DNA from: an uncultured Methylococcaceae bacterium
Lineage (GTDB): Bacteria; Pseudomonadota; Gammaproteobacteria; Methylococcales; Methylomonadaceae
Direction: 5' to 3'
DNA length: 35,403 bases
Assembly: GCA_913009515.1 (NCBI GenBank)
Contig: CAJVYO010000001.1
Coordinates: forward strand, 1-35,403
Part shown: positions 1 to 8,608 of the stretch, piece after piece
How the letters are laid out: each line of letters begins with the position of its first letter
Numbering within the stretch: the stretch's first letter is position 1
Program-made: the position numbers and the translations under genes
Notes under the pieces: model-generated
The model's database searches: none
The model's input: the letters and a program-made list of their open reading frames with translations, nothing else
What the model was told of the DNA's origin: nothing

Positions 1-101
1 GATTAAGAAAAAAGGCTACCCCTCTATTCAGAAAAAATTATGGGGCATTGCCCATTGATATTATTCGCAAATATATCGAACAACAGCGAACGCCTAAATA
101 G
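1..101 (+). pseudogene. tnpA: 3' end of IS200/IS605-family Y1 transposase TnpA, with internal deletion and frameshift
   Basis: Frame 2 reads IKKKGYPSIQKKLWG then stops (TGA 56-58). Frame 3 reads PIDIIRKYIEQQRTPK* (TAG 99-101), containing the YIxxQ catalytic helix of Y1 transposases. The usual intervening LWSPSYF..SxGG segment is absent. Confidence 0.8.
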
Positions 102-123
102 AACATTAAACTAACTGAACCAC

Positions 124-169
124 TTACATCCCCGCCCTGAACGACGGGGTTTTACGCTACACTGGATAA
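124..169 (+). mobile_element. IS200/IS605-type subterminal hairpin / element end
   Basis: TTACATCCCCGCCCTGAACGACGGGGTTTTACGCTACACTGGATAA lies just after tnpA. CCCCG(130-134) and CGGGG(145-149) form an imperfect stem typical of IS605 ends. Confidence 0.7.
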
Positions 170-212
170 ACTCAATCTACTTAGAGATACATAGTTTTTA
201 AAAGTGCGATAT

Positions 213-240
213 TGGGGCGTAGGCTAAAGTCTACGCCCCA
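213..240. repeat. GC-rich palindrome: terminator of the minus-strand operon or REP-like element
   Basis: TGGGGCGTAG(213-222) and CTACGCCCCA(231-240) form a perfect 10-bp inverted repeat that can be extended inward. It lies 35 bp past the dehydrogenase stop codon. Confidence 0.55.
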
Positions 241-275
241 CACAAAAATACGATTTTCAATATGGATGGGGTTTA

Positions 276-1370
276 TTAATTTTTACGCGTTTTAAATCCC
301 GTTCCTGTGCCGATTAAAGCTGCGATAATATTTTTTTGCATTTCAGAAGAGCCTGAAAACAAGCGACTGGCCATTGCATCTTGCACCAATTCCAGCATTT
401 TATTTTCCTGCATTAATCCTTTAGCACCCAATATATGTACCGCATCAAGGCTGGACTGCAAAAAAGCCTCACTGGCAATCAATTTAGTTTGTGCACTGGC
501 TAAACTAATACGCTTTTCCGCATCTTTTAAGCGCACACATTCATTCACCCATAATAAACAAGTATCAAGACGACATTTCATATCTGCAATTTTATGGCTA
601 ATGGCTTGATTCGCACCTAAATGTTCACCTTGAATCATGCGCTGACGACTATACTGGATTACTTCTGCTAATTGCCATTGCATTATGCCAATAATACCCG
701 CAAAAATAAAAGCGCGTTCTAATTCTAAGGCATTTTGAATCATCATATTACCCGCGCCTGTTTTTCCTAACTGGCGATTTAAAGGAATATGACAATTCGT
801 TAAATGCACATCACCCATGGTCGCTGTTTTACAGCCGACCACTTCAGGGGAGTCTTTAAAGTCTGCGCCTATATCATCAGAACAAACCAAGAAAGCCGAT
901 AATTTACTATCTAATTGCGCATAAATGACCAATACATCCGCAATGGGCGTATTGGTAATAAATCGCTTATGGCCATTAAGTACAAAGCCCTCTTCTGTAA
1001 CAGTGGCGGTTGCTTGTAGCAGGGAAATATCCGAACCCGCTTGAGGCTCTGTAATGGCATGACCGCCAATCATTTCTCCCGAAATTAAGGCAGGCAACCA
1101 AGTGTTTTTTTGTTTTTCCGTGCCATACAGCATTAAAGGAAAGATACTTCCCCAAATATGCGCATTGATAGATAAAATCAGCCCCGTATCTTGGCACACT
1201 TTGCCCAGCTTTAAATGCGCCTCAACCAGTTCTTGAAAGCCATTACCTAAGCCACCTAACTCTTTTGGCACAGCCTGTTTGAATAAACCCTGTTGCCCAC
1301 AAAATTGCAGACGACTTTTAGAGGCTAAACGATTACCACTCTTGGGAAGTTGTGTTGCAAAATTCATCAA
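276..1370 (-). CDS. Acyl-CoA dehydrogenase family protein; probable L-prolyl-S-PCP dehydrogenase (PltE/RedW/Bmp3-like)
   Basis: ACAD motifs AITEPQAGSD, GHKRFITN, HILGAKG and FSGSSEMQK. It overlaps the end of the proline-type A domain gene. Confidence 0.85.
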   Translation of the reverse strand: MMNFATQLPKSGNRLASKSRLQFCGQQGLFKQAVPKELGGLGNGFQELVEAHLKLGKVCQDTGLILSINAHIWGSIFPLMLYGTEKQKNTWLPALISGEMIGGHAITEPQAGSDISLLQATATVTEEGFVLNGHKRFITNTPIADVLVIYAQLDSKLSAFLVCSDDIGADFKDSPEVVGCKTATMGDVHLTNCHIPLNRQLGKTGAGNMMIQNALELERAFIFAGIIGIMQWQLAEVIQYSRQRMIQGEHLGANQAISHKIADMKCRLDTCLLWVNECVRLKDAEKRISLASAQTKLIASEAFLQSSLDAVHILGAKGLMQENKMLELVQDAMASRLFSGSSEMQKNIIAALIGTGTGFKTRKN

Positions 1371-2800
1371 TGAAAAAGTCCTTCTATCGCTAAATAATCT
1401 ATTTTACCGTTAGATAAAGTCGGTAACGTATCCACGATGATAAATTTACACGGCTGCATATAACTTGGTAGCAATCCGCGTAACGGTTTTATCGCTACAG
1501 CTAAATTCACTCCGTTTTCTAAAACCAATACCGCCGCAGGTCTTTGCCCGCTGGTCTTATCTCTCATCCCTATCACAGCACAATAGGCTATACCTTCCAA
1601 CTGAGAAATTCGTTGTTCAATTTCAGCAGGTTCAACACGATAGCCCGAACATTTCAGCATACGATCTAAACGGCCGTGATAACAATACTCGCCCCTGCTA
1701 TTTAAAGAGACTTTATCGCCTGTCGGATAAGGAGAACTGGCTAACGCAGATAATTTCCCATTTTGCCAATAGCCTGAAAAATTATTGAGACTTTGTACCT
1801 TTAACTCACTTGTTTCATTGTCCACATCTAATACGGCATCACCAGCCGCTTTGCCAATAGGAATAGACTCTCCTAGTTTTAATCGAGCGCGGTCTACCTT
1901 CCAATAACAACACACATTGGTTTCTGTGGGGCCATATAAATTATATAAATTCACCTCAGGTAATAAATTGCTCAAGGTGATTAAATGTTCCATTGGAAAC
2001 ACCTCGCCTGCAAATAAAATACGTTTTAACGCGCTTAAATCTGTTGTTTCTACCGCCCCTTTTAAAGCGATAAAACTTAATAAAGAAGGCACGGTATACC
2101 AACAACTGATTTTTTTCTCACTCAGCCATGCAGTTAATTTACTGGGTGCAAAACTAAGTTTATCAGGTATAAAATGCACACTTGCCCCGATAGAAAGGCT
2201 GCTAAATAAATCAAAAATAGATAAGTCAAAATGAAATGGCGCGAGACTGGCAATACAATCCGTATTATTTAAGCTAAACGTCTGGGTCGCCCAAGCAGAA
2301 AAATTAAATAAAGCCTGATGACTCAGAGCAACCCCTTTCGGCGTTCCAGTGGAGCCTGAAGTATATAAAATAGCCGCAATCTGCGTTTTTTCCAGCTCTA
2401 CAGGCATAAACGCCTTTTTATTCTGCTGAAAAATCTCATTAATATCCAACCATTTTTCAGACTGTTCTAGCCATTCGGGTGCTTTGCCTGAACCTATAAT
2501 ATAGCGGGCTTGAGCATCTTCAATAATAAAATTTAAACGCACCGCTGGATTTTTAATATCCAGCGGCACATAGATAGCCCCTGCACTCAGCACTCCATAA
2601 ATACACGCCGCAGAATCAATACCACGATCCAATGCTATCGCAATACACGAGCCTGCTATTAATTTTTTCTGGAGAAATAAACCAAGCGTCTCGACTCGAT
2701 GTTTAAAATCCACATAAGAAATGGCCGTTTCATTTTCACTGAATGCCAGTGCATCAGGCGTATCACTGCATTGCTTAAAAAATGGCTGAACAATATTCAT
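1367..2800 (-). CDS. Stand-alone adenylation enzyme; probable L-proline:PCP ligase (PltF/RedM/Bmp4-like)
   Basis: Motifs YTSGSTGTPKG, FHFDLS, NLYGPTETNVC, TGD, GYRVE and NGKID. The specificity code read by eye against GrsA is D-L-F-Y-L-A-L-V-C-K, the pattern of pyrrole-pathway prolyl A domains. Confidence 0.85.
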   Translation of the reverse strand: MNIVQPFFKQCSDTPDALAFSENETAISYVDFKHRVETLGLFLQKKLIAGSCIAIALDRGIDSAACIYGVLSAGAIYVPLDIKNPAVRLNFIIEDAQARYIIGSGKAPEWLEQSEKWLDINEIFQQNKKAFMPVELEKTQIAAILYTSGSTGTPKGVALSHQALFNFSAWATQTFSLNNTDCIASLAPFHFDLSIFDLFSSLSIGASVHFIPDKLSFAPSKLTAWLSEKKISCWYTVPSLLSFIALKGAVETTDLSALKRILFAGEVFPMEHLITLSNLLPEVNLYNLYGPTETNVCCYWKVDRARLKLGESIPIGKAAGDAVLDVDNETSELKVQSLNNFSGYWQNGKLSALASSPYPTGDKVSLNSRGEYCYHGRLDRMLKCSGYRVEPAEIEQRISQLEGIAYCAVIGMRDKTSGQRPAAVLVLENGVNLAVAIKPLRGLLPSYMQPCKFIIVDTLPTLSNGKIDYLAIEGLFH

Positions 2801-2801
2801 C

Positions 2802-4124
2802 TTATTCCATCAATAATTCATCTAACATCAAATCATGCAGCTGCTCAATCCATTGCATTTCAAATAATGGCTCAACAAAATTATAACTAAAGCTTAATTT
2901 TTGATTAAATTGGCAACTTAAAAAAGCAAGAGCTGGCGGGCTGGTCACTTGGCATAAGTGTAGAATATCTGCGATTTCACTGTCAAAAAAAGACATCTCA
3001 GAAACATCCGTACGGCCAATATCAGAAAACCAAAAAGAACTGCGCTCGCCTCCTGTTCCATACGCTTTACGCAATTGTTCGCCATGTTTTGCTAACGATA
3101 ACCAACTGGCTGCCCACATAACGGGTAAAAAAGCATAATCTAATTTTTCACGAATAACCTGCGTATGTTGTTGCTTTAGATGCTGAAATAAAGCCTCACG
3201 ATTATCCAATATCGATTTAGGGGCTTGAGCAAATAAAGCGCCGACATGATTACCTAATACCGGGCTAAGCGCTTTATTTTTGCGTAAATTAAACGCATAC
3301 GGCGCACAATACGCCTCACCTGCTTGCTCAGGATTCATACGATACAGCGCGCGCATAAAACAACCAATATAATATAAACTGGTTCCTGTTAAACCTACTT
3401 GCTGACGCGCCAACTTATTAACTCGTTGCGTTTGTTCTAAAGTTAGGCTGTAAGTTTGATAATTTAAACGCTCAGGGGTCTGTTGCGTATCTGCATGAAT
3501 CACACTGGGCAATGTATCTAAGCTAGTAATATAGCGTTTAGCCTTAAAAAAAAGAGCTATTTTTTGCCACCATTTATACTTCGCTAACTGTCGGTTAACC
3601 AACGAATCCAATTTAGGAAAATCGAACTTTTCACGCTGCTGTTCCGATTCAGTACACAGGTATTTTAAAATTAAATCCGCACTGCGCGCATCACAAAAAG
3701 GATGTATCCAGCGTAATAGAAAAACAGATTTATGTTCGCTGCTAATTAAATGAAAACTAATCGGTAAAATTGCTTCTCTATCATGCTTTTCATTAATTAA
3801 ATCTAATAGTACCGTCTTATGAAAATCAGCAGTATCATTTTTTTTCGCGGCATAATGCTTAAATAAATTTGGTGATTCCGCTCGTTCATACCAGAAAAAA
3901 CGCTTACCTTTCTGCTGTAAACTGGCATAAGCCAATGGAAACTTAAGCCCAAATTCATTAATACGCTGTTGCAAAACCTCTAAATCAGGTTGCTTTGATA
4001 GCTCCAAAGCAAAGCCACACAAACTACCCGGCATATTTTCTTGGCGAATTTCTTCATCCATTGCCAAGGTAAAATAATCAGCAGGGTTTAAACCTTGTAC
4101 TATTTTTTGTTGAGAATCACTCAT
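2802..4124 (-). CDS. Stand-alone condensation-domain-like / CoA-dependent acyltransferase-fold protein
   Basis: 440 aa with an HxxxD motif (WIHPFCDARS) at the usual C-domain position, plus AFNLR and LGNHV segments. Its start overlaps the PCP stop codon. Confidence 0.6.
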   Translation of the reverse strand: MSDSQQKIVQGLNPADYFTLAMDEEIRQENMPGSLCGFALELSKQPDLEVLQQRINEFGLKFPLAYASLQQKGKRFFWYERAESPNLFKHYAAKKNDTADFHKTVLLDLINEKHDREAILPISFHLISSEHKSVFLLRWIHPFCDARSADLILKYLCTESEQQREKFDFPKLDSLVNRQLAKYKWWQKIALFFKAKRYITSLDTLPSVIHADTQQTPERLNYQTYSLTLEQTQRVNKLARQQVGLTGTSLYYIGCFMRALYRMNPEQAGEAYCAPYAFNLRKNKALSPVLGNHVGALFAQAPKSILDNREALFQHLKQQHTQVIREKLDYAFLPVMWAASWLSLAKHGEQLRKAYGTGGERSSFWFSDIGRTDVSEMSFFDSEIADILHLCQVTSPPALAFLSCQFNQKLSFSYNFVEPLFEMQWIEQLHDLMLDELLME

Positions 4125-4357
4125 TACTTATGCTGTAAAATCCATTGCTCTAAGGTATTAAACGACCTAACATTATCTGGGTCAATTTCTGAATCTGGCA
4201 AAGTAACAGTAAACTGTTCTTCAACAAACATAATTAATCGCATAATGCCCATGCTATCTAAGCCTGCCTCTAGCAAATCATCATCATCGGAAAATTTTTC
4301 TGGCTCAGCAACAAAAATAAGGTCTTCAAAGATAAACTCTCGAATTTTTTCTTTCAT
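4124..4357 (-). CDS. Carrier protein (PCP/ACP, PltL-like)
   Basis: 77 aa, acidic, with the phosphopantetheine motif LLEAGLDSMGIMRL. First gene of the pyrrole operon. Confidence 0.85.
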   Translation of the reverse strand: MKEKIREFIFEDLIFVAEPEKFSDDDDLLEAGLDSMGIMRLIMFVEEQFTVTLPDSEIDPDNVRSFNTLEQWILQHK

Positions 4358-4461
4358 TTTTATTTATATCGTTTATGGTTTCATACAGTGCTTTTCCAAA
4401 ACACATTATTTATTCACTTCAATAAACGCAGTGAACATCCCTACATTTTAGAATCAGTATA

Positions 4462-5436
4462 TTGTCTATTAAATTGCCTAAAAATTCTTACCCTAAAATA
4501 AACATAGCCCTTATTATCATCGTTTGGAGCTTGCTTTATCTATATAGTTACCCGATGCACTGGGAGGCTATTCAACAATACTGGCCAATCTCTATCACCA
4601 TGATGTTTGGCTCTATCATTGCTGGTGCAACAAGTGAGGGTGGGGGTGCAATTGCTTTTCCAATATTCACTAAAGTATTACAAATTCCACCTCAAGATGC
4701 AAAAGTTTTTTCACTTGCTATCCAAAGTTTAGGTATGTCTGCGGCAACGCTCACCATTTTAAGTATGAAAATTCCAGTGCTATGGTCAGCTATTTTCTGG
4801 ACAAGTATTGGCGGTATTTTAGGTTTATCCATCGGACTTCATATTGCCCACTTTATTTCGCCCGAATTTATTAGGATGCTATTTACTATGATGGCCATTA
4901 GTCTAGCGATAAACTTAGCTTTTTTACAAGCCGATTTTCAGAAAAATTACCATACAATCACTAATATCACAGCTAAAGAGGCAAGCATTTTTATAGTCAC
5001 CGGAATAACGGGCGGTTTATTATCAGGATTGGTTGGCAGTGGTATTGATATGGTCTGTTTTACTGTATTAGTGCTACTCTTTAGAATAAATGTAACCATT
5101 GCAACACCCACTTCTGTTGTTTTGATGGCTATTCATTCATTTTTCGGTATATTAATACAAGTTTTTACGTTAGAAGGCATCAATTCTCAAGTACAAGACT
5201 ATTGGTTCGCAGCGGCACCCATCGTTATAATAGGCGCACCTTTAGGTGCTTTTTTATGCACAAAGATGAAAAATCAGCATATCCGCTATTTATTGATAAG
5301 CCTTATTAGCCTTGAACTATGTAGTTCTTTATGGCTACTAAAATTTAATATAACTTTAATTATCTTTAGTAGTGCCTTACTTATCTTTTTTTCAAGCCTT
5401 ATGCTCTATATGCACAAATCAAATGCTTATGTTTAA
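4462..5436 (+). CDS. TauE/SafE (sulfite exporter-like) membrane permease
   Basis: Multi-TM protein with duplicated halves (GATSEGGGAIAFP; SGLVGSGIDM). TTG start. Confidence 0.75.
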   Translation: MSIKLPKNSYPKINIALIIIVWSLLYLYSYPMHWEAIQQYWPISITMMFGSIIAGATSEGGGAIAFPIFTKVLQIPPQDAKVFSLAIQSLGMSAATLTILSMKIPVLWSAIFWTSIGGILGLSIGLHIAHFISPEFIRMLFTMMAISLAINLAFLQADFQKNYHTITNITAKEASIFIVTGITGGLLSGLVGSGIDMVCFTVLVLLFRINVTIATPTSVVLMAIHSFFGILIQVFTLEGINSQVQDYWFAAAPIVIIGAPLGAFLCTKMKNQHIRYLLISLISLELCSSLWLLKFNITLIIFSSALLIFFSSLMLYMHKSNAYV

Positions 5437-6211
5437 AACTATAATCAAAGAAATTATTGAATGGATTTTATTAATTTTTGGCTTTCTTTATTGGATAGTC
5501 TTTGGCTTTAGCATCAGCTTAGTTTCTAGGGTGCTCTATGTTATTTTACCCCCCAAAAAAGGGATATTATGGGGGCAATATCTTTTGCAAAAAATGTTTG
5601 TGGTTTTTATTGGCTACTTAAAAATAACTCATTTATTGCAGTTAGAAGATAAACAGCTTTCTATCCTAGCGAAACAAAAAGGCGCGGCCATTATTGCTCC
5701 AAATCATACGGCTTTATGGGATGCTATTTTTATAGCGCATAGAATCCCCGATATTCTTTGCATTATGAAAGGCTCTATTTTAAAAAATCCCATATTAGGA
5801 GGGGGCGCGCGTTTAGCAGGCTATATCCCTAATAATTCGACCAGCCAGATGTTGAAATTAGCCATCTCACGTTTACAAGCACAAGATAGACTGCTTATTT
5901 TTCCTGAAGGCACCCGTACAAAAACAGAGGCTCAATGGCTCAACCCCTTAAAGGGTGGAACAGCACTTTTAGCTAAACACAGCGGCGCACCGGTTATTCC
6001 TATTTTTATTAGAAGCAATACCCGTTTTTTCGAAAAAGGCTGGCCACTTTATAAAAAACCTAAATTCCCATTAAAAATATCGATTCACGTTGCTGAACCC
6101 GTATGGATAGAAAAAAATGAAAGCTCTCAAGCTTTTACCCAGCGACTTGAACAGCTATATTTAAAAGAATTATCCTCTCCTCACCGTTTACAAAGAATTC
6201 CCTATGAATAG
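5423..6211 (+). CDS. PlsC-family lysophospholipid acyltransferase (ApeD-like)
   Basis: NHTALWD (HX4D) and FPEGTR motifs. An ATG at 5423 or 5429, overlapping the upstream stop, is preferred over GTG 5372. Confidence 0.85.
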   Translation: MLMFKTIIKEIIEWILLIFGFLYWIVFGFSISLVSRVLYVILPPKKGILWGQYLLQKMFVVFIGYLKITHLLQLEDKQLSILAKQKGAAIIAPNHTALWDAIFIAHRIPDILCIMKGSILKNPILGGGARLAGYIPNNSTSQMLKLAISRLQAQDRLLIFPEGTRTKTEAQWLNPLKGGTALLAKHSGAPVIPIFIRSNTRFFEKGWPLYKKPKFPLKISIHVAEPVWIEKNESSQAFTQRLEQLYLKELSSPHRLQRIPYE

Positions 6212-6971
6212 TGTATCCAGCTCGCATTTTGTGATGATTCCCAGCTATAACACGGGGAGATTATTGCCAATTACGGTAGAAGAGGCTTTAAACGAATGGT
6301 TACCTGTCTGGGTTATTATTGACGGCAGTGATGATAATAGTGAACAATTATTAAAACCTTTGCAAGCCAAGCATCCAGAAACGCTGAAAATCATTAAGCT
6401 GGCTAATAATATCGGCAAAGGTGCGGCTATTTTGCACGGTCTAACGCAGGCGAGAGCACATAACTATACACACGTACTCACGCTGGATGCAGATCATCAA
6501 CATCCTGCCAATTACATTAGCAAATTTATGGCTTTATCGCTTAAAAATCCCAGCAGTATGATTTTAGGGATGCCTGAATTTGATGCTTCTGCACCGATGT
6601 TACGTGTTAAAGGGCGGAAAATATCCAATTGGTGGGCTAATTTAGAAACATTAGGCTGGGGTATCAAAGATTCTTTGTTTGGAATGCGCGTCTATCCCAT
6701 TGAAGATTTAATGACTGTTATGCAATCGACAAGCTGGGCAAGACGTTTTGATTTTGAACCTGAAGTAGCAGTACGCTTGGCTTGGCTTGGTGTTTCTGTG
6801 CTTAATATTTCTACCCCTGTGCGTTATATTCTCAAGGAAGACGGCGGCATTAGCCAGTTCAAATATGGGCGAGATAACTTATTATTAACAGGGATGCACA
6901 TACGCTTATTTAGTGAGTTTTTATTACGCTTACCTGTGCTGATATATAAAAAATATAGCCCTACTCGCTAA
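6204..6971 (+). CDS. Glycosyltransferase family 2 (aryl-polyene/xanthomonadin cluster type)
   Basis: Motifs IPSYN, IDGSDD, GKGAA, DADHQH, DSLFGMRVYP and RFDFEPE. Confidence 0.85.
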   Translation: MNSVSSSHFVMIPSYNTGRLLPITVEEALNEWLPVWVIIDGSDDNSEQLLKPLQAKHPETLKIIKLANNIGKGAAILHGLTQARAHNYTHVLTLDADHQHPANYISKFMALSLKNPSSMILGMPEFDASAPMLRVKGRKISNWWANLETLGWGIKDSLFGMRVYPIEDLMTVMQSTSWARRFDFEPEVAVRLAWLGVSVLNISTPVRYILKEDGGISQFKYGRDNLLLTGMHIRLFSEFLLRLPVLIYKKYSPTR

Positions 6972-7045
6972 AAATAAGGCTGGTAAAAAAATTAAGGTAA
7001 AATAGCTTTTTATTTCTCTCCCTTTAAAATTTAGGATAATAAACT

Positions 7046-7309
7046 ATGTCAGACGCATTAATAGCGGAATTAAAAACATTAATTATTGAAGGCTTGCATT
7101 TAGAAGATATTACTACTGAAGAAATTATGCCCGATGAACCTTTATTTGGTGAAGGCTTGGGTTTAGATTCTATTGATGCTTTAGAAATTGCCGTGTTATT
7201 AGATCGTCAATATGGCGTTAAAATTACGTCTGAAGATGAGCGTAATCAAGAAATATTTGCCTCGTTAAATTCTTTAGCTCAGTTTATTGCTGAAAACAAA
7301 ACTAAATAA
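7046..7309 (+). CDS. Acyl carrier protein (ApeE/XanC-like)
   Basis: PLFGEGLGLDSIDALE motif typical of aryl-polyene ACPs. AGGA RBS upstream. Confidence 0.9.
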   Translation: MSDALIAELKTLIIEGLHLEDITTEEIMPDEPLFGEGLGLDSIDALEIAVLLDRQYGVKITSEDERNQEIFASLNSLAQFIAENKTK

Positions 7310-7315
7310 CCGGTT

Positions 7316-7954
7316 ATGCAAGCCATTCTTCGTAGCATTTTCATAACATGTCTATTTTTAGGCTATCCTTACTTAGTTTATCTCGGTGTAAAACAAGGAA
7401 TAGTCTGGTTTGCACCCCTTGTTATTGCCAGTATTTATTTATATCAAGCCATTCGAGCTAAAAATCAAAAAATAAAACAACAAAAATGGGCTATCGTGTG
7501 TGTGTTATTTCTTGGAACTATTTTCTTTCAAGAAGTCATCGCTAAATTTATGCCGATTTTCATACAATTAAGTTTACTACTATTTTTTGGCAAAACCTTA
7601 TTTAAAGGCCCGCCTTTAATTGAGCGTTTTGTACGCTTTGAGTTTCCAGAAATTCCCCCTGTCATTCAAGAATATTGCCGCTATTTAACCATTATGTGGA
7701 CCAGTTTTTTTGCCTTTAATATTATCGCGTGCATTGTACTCGCTTTATTTGCCCCTATTGAATGGTGGGCTATTTATACCGGCGTAATGATTTTCATGCT
7801 CTCTGGGGTATTGATGGTCGCTGAATATATTTGGCGACATTTTTACTTTCGCCGCATCGACTTACCGCATAAAGAAATTCCCAGTGTCAGGGATTCCATT
7901 AGAAATATGATTATTAATGGCAAAACCATTTGGTTTGATGTGCAAGAAAGCTAA
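7316..7954 (+). CDS. COG4648-type membrane protein (ApeG-like)
   Basis: FGKTL..GPPLIERF, YCRYLTIMW, WWAIYTG and AEYIWR pattern. Follows the ACP as in aryl-polyene clusters. Confidence 0.75.
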   Translation: MQAILRSIFITCLFLGYPYLVYLGVKQGIVWFAPLVIASIYLYQAIRAKNQKIKQQKWAIVCVLFLGTIFFQEVIAKFMPIFIQLSLLLFFGKTLFKGPPLIERFVRFEFPEIPPVIQEYCRYLTIMWTSFFAFNIIACIVLALFAPIEWWAIYTGVMIFMLSGVLMVAEYIWRHFYFRRIDLPHKEIPSVRDSIRNMIINGKTIWFDVQES

Positions 7955-7961
7955 TTTCCCT

Positions 7962-8603
7962 ATGTATTCAAAAAAATTCCGTTCTATCCTGCTAACAACT
8001 CTGGCGATGATTCTGTATTCAATCCAGCTTATTGCCAGTGATACCGTTGAATCGGTGATTGCTCGCATGAAAACCCAGACGGCGACCAAAATTGCCTATA
8101 CAGAAACCCGCGACATGGGATTATTTTCGGATACATGGCAAGCGACTGGGGTTTTATATGCTCAACCGCCTAATATTATGCTGAAACAGCAACAGCAGCC
8201 GACTGTGGAAATCATGGCGATTGAAGCTGACCAACTTTATTATCATAAGCCTGCAACCGATACTTTTCATCAGATGCAGTTTGATGAAAATAACGAAATG
8301 ATGGCCAGTATTATCATTTTTAAAGGGCTGATGACGGGAGATAGTCACTATTTACGCCAATTTTATACGCTTTCGATAAAAAATAGCGCGCAGAATTGGA
8401 GTTTGTTGATGGAAGAAAAAAATCCAGATAGCGAACAGCAGGGGCTAAAAATCATTATTCAGGGAATGCCAGAACAAGCGGCACACTCTATTAGCATCAC
8501 GCTACCCGATGGCGATGAAGAAAGTTATGCGTTAAGTCCTCCTGAACACAACCCATATTTTAAACAGCTTAATAGCTTATTAAACGCCTTAAAATCTCAT
8601 TAA
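7962..8603 (+). CDS. LolA-like periplasmic lipid carrier
   Basis: Signal peptide after ATG 7962. AYTETR...ATGVLY.QPP LolA-fold pattern. Precedes the MMPL gene. Confidence 0.7.
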   Translation: MYSKKFRSILLTTLAMILYSIQLIASDTVESVIARMKTQTATKIAYTETRDMGLFSDTWQATGVLYAQPPNIMLKQQQQPTVEIMAIEADQLYYHKPATDTFHQMQFDENNEMMASIIIFKGLMTGDSHYLRQFYTLSIKNSAQNWSLLMEEKNPDSEQQGLKIIIQGMPEQAAHSISITLPDGDEESYALSPPEHNPYFKQLNSLLNALKSH

Positions 8604-8608
8604 TTAAT

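Noticed and set aside
276-4357. Calling this a bmp, pyoluteorin or prodigiosin cluster
   Set aside because: There is no ACP-thioesterase fusion, type I PKS, or PigC/PigH-type gene; only the shared pyrrole module is present.
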